Positions 12,710 through 23,970 of a stretch of 64,000 nt of DNA are shown piece after piece. Position 1 is the first letter of the stretch, and every line of letters begins with the position of its first letter. The position numbers and the translations under genes are program-made. Below the pieces are notes generated by a model. That model was given only the letters and a program-made list of their open reading frames with translations. It did no database searches and was not told the origin of the DNA. Source of the DNA: Saccostrea echinata (taxonomy: Eukaryota). The stretch covers positions 4,836,001 through 4,900,000 of the forward strand of contig NW_026889809.1 in NCBI RefSeq assembly GCF_033153115.1, given 5' to 3'.

Positions 12710-15700
12710 ATGCGAATTAAACGTGGATTCCGATGTTTTCTCCTGTGTTTCTTTGTCATTTTTCTAGCATTGCTGTTACTCATGCTCGTATTGGGAAATG
12801 ACGCAAGTATTCAAAATTATTCTTATGTTGATAATCCATTTCCAAACTTCCAGATTCTCTGAATCTGTAATTTGTAATGATTTCATTTAGGAACGGAATT
12901 ATGTAGATGAGGAACAGTCCTTCAAAGGTCAGTTATATAAAATATGTGATTTCCATGTATTTTATGACTTATTTCATGATTATTGTCAAGTTTCTTTTTG
13001 TGTATTCAAAATTAATTCTAATTTACTGTAGTACAAATTACTCAATAATTCTTAAGATGATCAAATTTACGAGGACTGGAAAAGGAAACTCTCAAGTAAC
13101 ACAAATTCAGGGACGATAGAAAAGCTTTCAGGTTACTCGAGGAAATTGAAAATTAAAGATCCGATCATTCTGTGGTGGACGGACGGTGATGATCAAGCGG
13201 ACGTATACAGGAAGTGTGGGGATGTCACGTGCTTCATCACCGGAAATAGGAACTATACCAGAAATCCTCTCACCAAGGTCAGTGGACTGAAGGCTAAATA
13301 ATGAGTGATTACAGTTTTCAAAAATCGTAAAAGTTTAACATGTACATGAATTTCATTCTTCCAAAGCCAAGAGTTTATTTTCCCGCTCCCCTTTATTACA
13401 AAATAAGAGAAAGCTAGCGGATACCGACAATTTAAGCGTACAGAAGGGGCTGTAACCGATTAAAACCACATAATATAGAATGAAGAATAGCGGATAAAGA
13501 ACCCTACGTTGCAGAAAGAACGGTAGCTGATTAAAGTCTGGTGTGTCCTACAGAAGAAATTGTATTGGATTAAAGACCGTGTCCTGCAGAAGGAATGGTA
13601 GCGATTTAAAGACAGGGGTGAATTGAAAAAAAAACAAAAAAAAACAAAACTTGTATTAATTTATTGTACATACATTCTAGTTAAAATTCCTGCAATAGAA
13701 CAATAGAATAGGCAATTTGATAAAAAAAAAGTTTCAGAACTTTTATTATTAAAACTTTATGTGGAAAAAGAAAATATCACTATATCCTAAAAGACTTTCT
13801 AAAATACATAATCAAAAAAAAAAAAAAAAAAAAAAAATACAGTCTTTTATACTTCAAAATGGTATCAGGGATATAAATGATTAGATCTAAACCTTGATTG
13901 AGTTTCTTCTCTTGTATGTCATATATATATGGAAAACATTTGGCTTTTTTGTTGTTATTTTACATTATTTTTTTCAATTCTCGTTTAAAAAGTGTTAATA
14001 TGAAAGAAATATGAAAAATAAAATTCCCCCCAAATAATTTTTTTGTCCATTTAAGTCAGTTCTTTAAGCCAAAAGAGAGTTTTGACATACAAGTTTTCTT
14101 ACAATGAAATGTATGGAGATAACGAACAGTATTCAAGTTCAAAAGTCCATTAAACAATACAAATTCTGGAGCAGAGCAAACACGGACCTCTGAAACACCA
14201 GAGGTGTCTATATTGTCTACTGAGTATATTGAAAAATTATCATCACTGCGTTCTAAAACTTTCACTACTTTTTAGTACATTTTTTATCAATATACATAAC
14301 AAATTTCAAATAGATATCTGCTCAAATAAACAAAATATGAGACTTAATGTTATGTATGGTATCGTCTTACAGCGCACGGATGATAACGTCAAAGTCTCTA
14401 AAGCAGCGTCACGTTTCCTCTTTGCTAAATAAAAGTTGGATAAGCCCCACTTAAATTCGGGGATTTCATTGATGCACATACTTGATTTTCCCTTTATTCC
14501 TCCATAAACAGTCCAGGAACCAATCTCGCACACACCTGGGACCTTCTGAAGATTTATTAGTAAGTTATGAACAGTACTCTCGCATTTATTCAACTAAACA
14601 GGCTCTCCTATATCGACGGTCAACAGTAACAGCGTCTTTTGCTAAATTGCCAGTAGCTGTTTGTCCGTATGTTTTGTTCTACCCGGGGACCCGATCAAAA
14701 AGCTTTCGCTTAGAAAACTCCCATTTCACTTGTATACTAAAGATCTAGTGATATTTTTATATTTTTCTTCTTCTGTAGCCATTTAAAGTTTCTTACGGCG
14801 TCATTACTACATCTAAATCAAACTGAACTGCTCTCCTGTGCGCCGTAACGTCACCAAACGTCGCCATTTTTCGTGTGTTGCGTGTACCACTTTCCATTTC
14901 AAATGCTCAGGAAACCGCCAAAAATTAAGCAAATGCCTTGATATTTTATAAAAGACGAAATAATAGATAGTGGATTAAAAATAGGATAATTTTGTATTTA
15001 ATACTTTTATTTCGAAATAATACTCGTGTATTCGCTAATGAAACCCTAGTTTTTTGATCGTGCGCCGTAGGACCGTACCCTGTGCACATTCAAGCATAAA
15101 AAAATCTTTGTTTTTGTCTATATTTTACCAAAACAAAAAACAAAAAACCCACATATACAGTGTATCTAAAAATATGTGTTACGTCATGAAAAATACTCTC
15201 CGAAATGACTATAAAATGTTGATAAACATTTTGTTTTGAACATCATATAGTATCAAACATTTTTTTTCAATTTATTTTTTAGTAAAGATAGATGAAGATC
15301 ACTGATTTTGTTGAACTCCTGACTGCAGTAAAATTAAAAATTAAAAACCACAGAACAAAAAATTCATAAAGTGTTGGCAACATCAAGTGGTAACGAAATT
15401 GTGCAATATTTATAGTTCAATACTTCATAATTTAAACACACGAAAGTACTTAAACTTGGCTTTATATCTTGAATAATTCCCTATTTATGTCAAAAAGTTA
15501 GCTAAACTATTTTTTGAGAAGATAAAATATATTTTATAGTATATTTTCCTTCACAGGAAAACACTGTAAGCAACTGAGGTCAACCATAAACATTTTACTA
15601 ATCAATTTTTTCTTTATATCTATTCATATTTGATCAGCAGTAATTCTAACATTTTGTTGCACTCCTGACAAAGAGCATGGGAGTTTGTGAAGCAAAAATT

Positions 15701-18339
15701 ATATCAGAACTTGTTCTGGTGTTTCAGTGAAGTTTACATAGAAAGTTTACAAATTCATAATATTTTATAAATTTATTACTTACAATCAAATTGGTCCAAA
15801 AATAATTACAAATATCCAGGCATCCATTTCTTTTGTTTGTATCATCTGTCCTTAAAACCAAACCAGTGTGCTGCAATGGAAAGACCGATGTGCCTCAGCA
15901 GTAACGGTAGCAAATTAAAGGCCGTGGTCTTCATAAGGAACAATAAGGGGATTAAAAGCCTTAATTGTGTTACAGAGTCAAGGCAGCGAATTCCTACAGA
16001 AGGAAAAGTAGGGGATTAAAAGCCTTGTGCTACAGAATCAAGGTAGCGGATTCCAACAGAAGCAACAGTAGGGGATTAAAAGCCTTATGCTACAGAATCA
16101 AGGCAGCAGACGCCTACAGAAGGAACGGTGACTTATTTAAGTCAATGTTCTTTATAAGGAACGGTAGCTGACTAAACCTCATGTTCTACAGAATGAACGG
16201 TGGCGGATTAAAGCCCATGTACTACAGAGAGTGCTAGGGGATCCAAACCCGTGTCCTACAGAAGGAGCAGTAACGGATTAAAGACTGGTGTGACTTACAG
16301 AAGGAATGGTGGCGAATTTAAGGCCGTGTGCAACAGAGAATGCTAGCAGATCCAAACCCGTGTCCTACAGAAGGAAGGGTAACGGATTTAAGTCTGTGTC
16401 CTACCGAAAGAACAGAAGGGGATTAAACCCGTGGCTCGTGACAATGAAGTACATGTATCTTGTAATTATATTCAGATTCATAACTCTTTACCTGAGCGGC
16501 TGTTATTCGAAAATCGTCTAGTTGAAATTCCATGTCCCCTTTGAAAAAAATATGCACAAAGGTTCAATATAAATCTGGAAAGCATTAGTAGCTAATATAT
16601 TTATAATAATATATTTATCGAGGAAATTATATGCAGATAAATTCAACATTTAATTTTTTTCTTACCCCAGGTATTCATGTTTTACGGGTCAGCATTTCAG
16701 TATGACGATCTTCCGCTGCCTAGAGAACCTCACCATGAATGGGCTCTGCTTCACGATGAATCTCCGAAAAACAATTATCTTTTTTCATTTGAGGAAGTAA
16801 TGTCTTTGTTCAATCACACCAGCACATTTCGGCGGGAATCAGACTATCCTCTGGTTACCCAGTTCCTGGAGAGTAGCGAATGGCTCACCAGTACAAAGCA
16901 CCTGCTGTCTGTAAAGGAGAAAAGACAACAAGCCGAAGATTTAAAGTTAGCTCCCGTGATTTTTACAAACAGTGCATGTGCTACAGCCTCAGACAGAGAC
17001 GGATACATTAGAAGACTGATGGAATACATACCAGTCGACTCGTATGGATTATGTCTACATAACAGGGATTTGCCAAAACAGTAAGTAAATTTCAGTATAC
17101 TATAGTGTATGTATGCATATATCTTATTCAGGTGATGAACAGTCCAGAAAACAAAACGTAGAAAACCATTTCAAAATGAATCAGTATTCATGCAATATAC
17201 TTTAATAATGTTTCGTCTTAGCTGATAAATGTTAATTTGCGCATGATAAACACAGATCAGACACAAAACTCAACATATTTTTTTTTTCTTTTTTACAAAA
17301 GAACACACACCAGAATTAGTTAATAAAATTCCTTTAGATTCCGTAAAGATTATCACATTATATCTTTAACAGTCTTAGAGATTCGATAGAAGGGATGTTC
17401 CATGAAGATTTTTACAAGTTGATCTCGAAGTACAAGTTTGCTGTGGCCATTGAGAACGCTCTCTGTGTTGCCTACGTGACGGAGAAGCTGTGGAGGCCAC
17501 TACATGTCGGAACTATTCCCATTGTGATGGGGTCGCCAAAAGTAAAAGTACGGACTCTAAAGTGATTCCACATGTGAATTGCTTCGTCTTCTTTCAAAAG
17601 AAAATTTGCCTTTGACTACCATTATAAGGAAATTACTAGAATTTGGATGCATAAGTGAGTTATGTATAGAATCTGTGTATAAATCTTAATTCTACAGTCA
17701 AATGATAACATTATATATAGTATATCTCTAGAAGAAAGACAATTAATTTTGCCTGGATTTGACTTATATGATGTTAACGCTATTCTATTATGTGTTTTCT
17801 TTGCTATATAGGACTTGCTCCCATCCAATAGGTCGGCCATTATTGTGGATGACTATGAATCTGTAGAAGATCTCGCTAAATACCTCAAATACCTAGACAA
17901 GAACGACGAAGAATATGAACAATACTTCGAATGGAAGAAATCGGGGATAAGTAATGGGTATTTATTATCACTTCTGAGAGACAGGGAGTGGGTTTATGAT
18001 TACTCCGATAACATCGAGGGTATAAATTTTTTCGAGGGCTTTGAATGCTTAATCTGTAGACGAGTTCATGAAAACCTCAAAAGAGAGAAAACTGGACAGG
18101 AAAAATTAGAATTTCGAGCAAAACTTGAACATTATGGATGTCCTGCTCCAGTGAATGTGGACGACAGAGGTCAAAGAACGTTACCAAGTTATCTACTCAC
18201 CGAAACCTTTACAAGTATGAAGTATATAGCAAAAGCTCTTAGATACCATTTAGAAAGAAACTTAATTGTTAAGGGTGATAGCATCCTTAGGACAGCTGAA
18301 CATATCAGACATCGGGAAAATCAAACAAGTATTACCTGA
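12710..18339 (+). CDS. FUT10: Alpha-(1,3)-fucosyltransferase 10-like (GT10), divergent tandem copy 2; 6 exons
   Basis: Exons 12710-12802 (an in-frame upstream ATG exists at 12677), 12891-12927, 13057 (or 13111/13132)-13277 (DPIILWWTDGDD..KCGDVTCFIT), 16671-17080, 17373-17547 (YKFAVAIENALCVAYVTEKLWRPL), 17812-18339. Exons 1, 4 and 5 have the same lengths as in copy 1 (93, 410, 175 nt) and the same phases. Confidence 0.9.
14104..14206 (-). mobile_element. Naiad-type retroelement, terminal ~100 bp only
   Basis: Nearly identical to the 3' termini at 34534-34630 and 60368-60470. Confidence 0.75.
15880..16432. repeat. Degenerate ~36-bp-based minisatellite (related array at 13415-13620)
   Basis: Recurring GGATTAAA.CC.GTGTCCTACAGAAGGAACGGTAGC. 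Confidence 0.75.
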
Positions 18340-20392
18340 TTCATATACGATCAGCATATATATGCATTTAAAATGGGTAATATTATATAATGCCGTGAAT
18401 TCCAAGTTTTTTCTTTGTTTAGCATCCACCCATCTTTCAGAAACCTACCTACCTTTTCGCAAAAAACACACAAAAAAATAAAATACAGACTTGATAGTCA
18501 TAAAAAGGAATTTGATTTCATTAATCTAATTTTCTTGTAGAAAGAACTATTCTTCAGCATAATCAATGTATTAATTGCTTACAATATACCTTATATGATA
18601 TATTCTACACAAATATACAGAGAAATTGACAGAATTCAAAGATTCCGACCAAAATAATCAATTTCAGGGTTCCTGATTTTGTAGGTTTTCTGATATGGGG
18701 TGTCAAAAACCAAAGTGCACGCGGACGCTAAACTTAGAAAAAAACAACAACTTTGAATGGCGTTATATATTAACCTGAGTAACTAGTGAAGAAGCCACGA
18801 TAGTTATTCTATAATTTACACAAATTAATACTGATCTTTCTAAGTTTGAAATACTGTGGGCATGTTATCCAAGCCTCATGTTAGTGTCTTGAATTGAAGA
18901 ATCTACTGTTTAAAAGGAAGTTTTGGAAAAGTGTGCTTTAAATTTTCCGCCCCCCAATTGGTCTCCTGGGTGATAATTTAAATTCCCAAACCTTATTGCA
19001 CATCCACAGGAAAACTATTCAAAAGGATGATTTAGTTTAAGCAAATTTTAAGAGGAGTTGTGGAAACCAGGGTTTTATTTTGAAAACGTGAAAATAATTC
19101 CGAAATTTTGTTGCACAGGAAACCGACAATAATATTTCAAACGAAGATTTAGCTACTGTGTAAATTGTAAGAGCAGTTCTGGGCACCAGGTTTCCGTAGA
19201 AAAATGATGTCCATTTTGAGCTATCAGTTGGTCACAAGGAGGAAACCTTATTGGATACAACAGGACATGAACAATGATACCCAAAGAATGATTTGGCTGC
19301 TGCATAAACCGTAAGACGAGTTCTGGGAGCCTCGTTTATAATACATGCATATAAAATAAAAAGCCTTGATGCACATTTATGATTATTATTCCACCAAACA
19401 CATTTCAGAACATAAATTGGCTACTGCTGAAAGTGTAAGAGGAATTTGAATGACAGACGGACGAACCAGTATAACAACATATACCTGAAGTGTCTTTAGA
19501 AAGTTAAAAATGACAAAAAAAGTCTTGTAGAACTCCTCTATATCTAACATTTTAAAGCAGTACCCAAATCGTTTAATTTTGGTAGTGTCTCTAGATGTGC
19601 AATAAGGTTTCAGAATTTTCATATGCACCCGGGGGGACAAGGAGGGAGGGGGTCAACGTTTTCTTTACAAAAAAACGTGGTTCTACATCTAACAACTCTT
19701 ACATTTTAAGTGCACAGTAGCGCCTCATCGCATTGAATCTGATAGGCGTGTCCTGTACATGTGCAATGACGTTTCAGAATTTTATTAAGCAGTAGCTTAA
19801 TTATATTTTTGAAGATGTGGTGTCCTGGAGATGTGAAACAAGATTTTGGAATTTTCATACTGTGGACCCAGAAAGGGACGAAAACGTAATTTTTCTACAA
19901 TATTTATGTAAGTTATAAAATTTCGTAATTATTGTGGCTTCTTGGCTACATGTACCTACTGGGTATGAAGTGAGGGGAGCATATAGTTTTTTCTTCTTTG
20001 AACATTTCAAAATTGCTTTTTAATTTGCGCTAAGTATTTTCTGAAATAGCCAAGACTATAATCATTTTAGTAATAGTCTGATACATATCAGAGACACAAT
20101 TCTTTAATAGTGCATATCGTTATGGGAACAATTCCTAACGGTCCGTAATGAACATAGATACTACTGTGGACGAAGTAAATTGCACGGCTCTTACCGATTT
20201 TTATTGTTCATTTTGCCTGACCTCTGGTCATTTATGGTCGAATTTGATAATTAATTAACTTTATTCTCTATTGAACACTCGGTTTTAAGCAATGACTGAA
20301 TAGGTGATGTTAGTAATTATACGCTCTTTCTTTATATGGTCCATTAATTGTTGCGATTTTTAAATGAATTGATAATCTTGTAAAAGCCAGAC

Positions 20393-21403
20393 ATGGAGTA
20401 TGCCACGTATTACGCACGGTTTAGCTGGTTCCCAAAGGATCACCAAATTTACCTAAATTTGATCCCTGCTATTTTACAACTGATGTTGGTTGTGACAAAT
20501 CTGTTCATTCTTGTCGTGTTCTTCAGGAGAAAATGGTTTGGCGGTGTTAATTTGATTCTGATCGGCATGGCTCTTTCAGACATGGCGTCCGTAGTATTGC
20601 TCTTAGTTTCATATTTGTTCGCTCTGACATTACACATTCATTCTGTGGACCCACAAAGTGAATTTCAGATTCATTTTTTATGTATTACTTACAAATATGG
20701 AACGAACTTGTCCATCACATTCAACATGACATCCATTTGGTTGATGATGTTTCTTGGCATCGTAAAATTTATTTTGGTCCGTTTTCCGCTGAAGGCCAAG
20801 CTTTACACGACATCCAGAAGATTGTTGATGGGAACAATGACGATATACCTTATAACTCTCTTATACAATGTCCCCCGGTATCTCACGGACAATTATGATA
20901 TCGCTGCAAAATTGTATCCTAGAAAATTGAAAGAGACCGGAAGTTTCTATTGTGCTATAAAGAGTATCAAGGATAAAAATTTTCAAATGTTTTTGCAGAG
21001 GGATGATCTACTGATTCGATCAATTTGTGTCCATGTCATACCTGTTGTTGTCTTGCTGTGTACAAGCACATACTTCTGTTACAAACTATCAAAAAGAAGT
21101 TATGATTTCAGTCCCACACCAGCATCAAAACGATCTGTAAAAATTGTCACTGCTCTCACAATTGTGCATTTAATATCTGAAATACCATTTTCTGTTTTCT
21201 TTTGTTTGCAATATTATATGGTAGTTACCAAGCAGCCATTAAATTTTATATTGGAAAATGGCTATCAATTGATATTTGCTTTGTACGTATTGCGCTTTAT
21301 GAATTACCTAAGTAACTTTTGGGTTTACATTTTGTTTAACAAGAAATTTCGGGATACGTGCAGGTCCTTTTTCTGTCGTTGTAGAAGTCAGGCTATTATC
21401 TAA
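20393..21403 (+). CDS. Class A (rhodopsin-like) GPCR, FMRFamide/sex-peptide-receptor-like (Srw-type) orphan, 336 aa
   Basis: Uninterrupted ORF with seven hydrophobic segments: TM1 TNxxxL, TM2 MALSD, Cys at the top of TM3, TM4 YNVPRY, TM5 VIP, TM6 SEIP, TM7 NFWVY, helix 8 NKKFRD, then Cys residues. Confidence 0.88.
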   Translation: MEYATYYARFSWFPKDHQIYLNLIPAILQLMLVVTNLFILVVFFRRKWFGGVNLILIGMALSDMASVVLLLVSYLFALTLHIHSVDPQSEFQIHFLCITYKYGTNLSITFNMTSIWLMMFLGIVKFILVRFPLKAKLYTTSRRLLMGTMTIYLITLLYNVPRYLTDNYDIAAKLYPRKLKETGSFYCAIKSIKDKNFQMFLQRDDLLIRSICVHVIPVVVLLCTSTYFCYKLSKRSYDFSPTPASKRSVKIVTALTIVHLISEIPFSVFFCLQYYMVVTKQPLNFILENGYQLIFALYVLRFMNYLSNFWVYILFNKKFRDTCRSFFCRCRSQAII

Positions 21404-21954
21404 CCCAGATATATTACAATTATATAAGAAGCCAGAGTACGTGCCAGATATGTTTTAGACATTTGACATAATATATGTATGGATCTTAACATGGCAGAAT
21501 AAATTTTCAATGTCATTTATGTTTTGTATTTATGCATACATTTTATGACTTGTCACGTGTGAATTTGCATACTCCCGGCACTCCTCTACCTTGATACGTT
21601 ATGATGCCAAGAATTCATTATGGATGCTACAGAAGCAGCAGAGACAAAGTCACGAATTTCTTTGAATACATAAACTGTGGTGTATGTCGGATATCATATG
21701 CCTGCAGGGGTAATATAAAAAATGCTTTCAAAGGTTACCGGAAAACTTGTGTTATGTCATCGAAGCTGTTTGTTTATCTACCTTCTGTCCTTTTCAAAAA
21801 AGGAAATTTTTGTTAAGTTAAAATAACTTCCAGCATCTGAATCTGTAACCATAGCAACAGTGCTATTTTCTTCATCAAACTTTATAAATATATGATATTC
21901 AGCTTTAGTTTTATCTTTAGATAAGTACAATTCAACGTGAGTCGAATAATATGT

Positions 21955-23970
21955 TTTGGCTCATATCAACGAAGTTGGGGGGAGCTTTTGTAATACCCTC
22001 GGCGTCAGCATCCCAGATTAAAATTTTTAGAGCAGATTTCTTTTCAAATACTTCTTTGCCCTACATAAATCAGAAATGTGTGGAAGATGCTTCTAGTATG
22101 TTTCATTGTATCAGTCAAGGTTTCAGGTGATGCAAATTTCAGCTAAAGAACGATCAAGTTAATGTTCTTGGAGCAGATTAAAAATTTTTGGTGCAGGGTT
22201 AGAGTTTTGGGAACAGGACTCATTTCCAAGTAACTATAAGCCATATATTGATCAAACTTGCATAGATGATACATCCAAGGATATCTACTACCAGGATGCT
22301 GGATCTGACCTACATTTTTCAGATAAATGTCCAGGTTTAGGTTTTTGGAGCAGTTTCATTCTAAAGTAACTATATAAGCCCTAGGTTGACCAAACTTGCA
22401 CAATCTAAGGATGCAAATCTAAGGATGCACACAACTGCACTTGCTTCGGATGCTGGATCTGGTGTATATTTTCCGGATGAGTGACCAGGTCAAAGTTTTT
22501 GTTGCAGGTTCCTTCTAAATTAACTATCTGCCCTACCTAGACCAAACTTGCATGGATGATACATTTAAGGGTGCACACTACGAGGGTTGTTTCGGATGCT
22601 GGATCTGACCTACATTTTCCAGATAAATGTCCAGGTTTAAGTTTTTGAAGCAGTGTCATTCTAGAGTAACTATATAAGCCCTACGTTGACCAAACTTGCA
22701 CAGATGATGCATCTAAGGATACACACAACTGGACTTGACCTGCATTTTCCAGATGAGTGAGCAGTTAAAGTTTTTGAAGCAGGTCCATTACCAAAACCTA
22801 TAAGGCTGATCCGAACCAAACTTGCATGGATTATGCTTGAAGGGATGAACACTCTCAAACTTGCTCCAGATGCTGGATTTGACTTACATTTTCGGACTAA
22901 ATGACTAGTTTAAAGTTTTTAGATAAGTCCATTCCCACGTAACTGCAAGCCCTATCAGACTAAAATTGCATAAATGTTGCAGCTAGGGATGCACATTACT
23001 AGATTATAAGTATAGTGTGGGACTTTGCCTTACTTAAAGACAACATTTGCTGAAATGAGCTTTGTAATCTCTGATTACTATGTTTTTAATAAAAGATAAA
23101 TAAATTCCTTAAACAGCAAAAAAGTTATCTCTTTAAATCACTGGTACTTCGTTTCCATGGTTATACTACAACATAGCAAATAATTCCAATATTTCTTATG
23201 CTGTGTTACAAAGTCCTGACGATGTATATCTACCAGTCTTGAATTTTCAAGTTATTTTTCGTTAAGAAGATTAAAAACAAAAATTAGCAATATATTTTGT
23301 ATGGCTACACTGTGTTACCATGGCAACCATGTAAAATGATTTTAGAATAATTGCAAATACATTATTTCTGAAGGTTAAATATTTTTTATTGTTTTTCTTG
23401 ACAGTGTGTTGCTGACTGAGTTGGTTCATATAACAGCTATGATTAGTGAATAAATTGGCGTACGTTTTTCAGCATTTAAAGTGTATTCCAAATATACCCA
23501 TGATTACCACTTACTTAGAGATATATTATAAATAGTTTCTTTGTAGTATAAGTTGCAACAAGATGCAATATTTTTGTGAGAGCGGTTTGTTTGATCTTCT
23601 AAGTCTTTATTTAGGCTCGATAAAGATTCAAAGTAACTGAAAATCTCAAATTTTCAAACTTTTTCAGCTGTAACCATTGAAACTAAGACACACAGCATCC
23701 AAATTTCATTTGAGATGTGTTTCTGGTGTTTAAGAAATAAGATATCATTTTTAGAGTTTCATTGGGATATATGTGTGATGAAATCCTATAACGCCCGAAG
23801 GAGGCTATGTTATACATGTAATAATGGCCAAAGTTTCATCGAATTGGTAACCTTGTATGCCAAATAAAATGTAGTAGTGGCCTTTAGTGAAGAATAACAC
23901 CACTTATGGGTTCATCGTTTATTATTAAATACTTCAGTGTTGATATGGATGGACACAATGATAATATAAT
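21955..23970 (+). mobile_element. HINE-like element with ~125-150 bp tandem units at 22200-23000
   Basis: 5' TTTTGGCTCATATCAACGAAGTTG..GAGC; CCAAACTTGCA marker at ~22252, 22390, 22541, 22690, 22816, 22961; candidate sub-terminal repeat GTTGATATG at 23939. The 3' end is uncertain. Confidence 0.6.
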
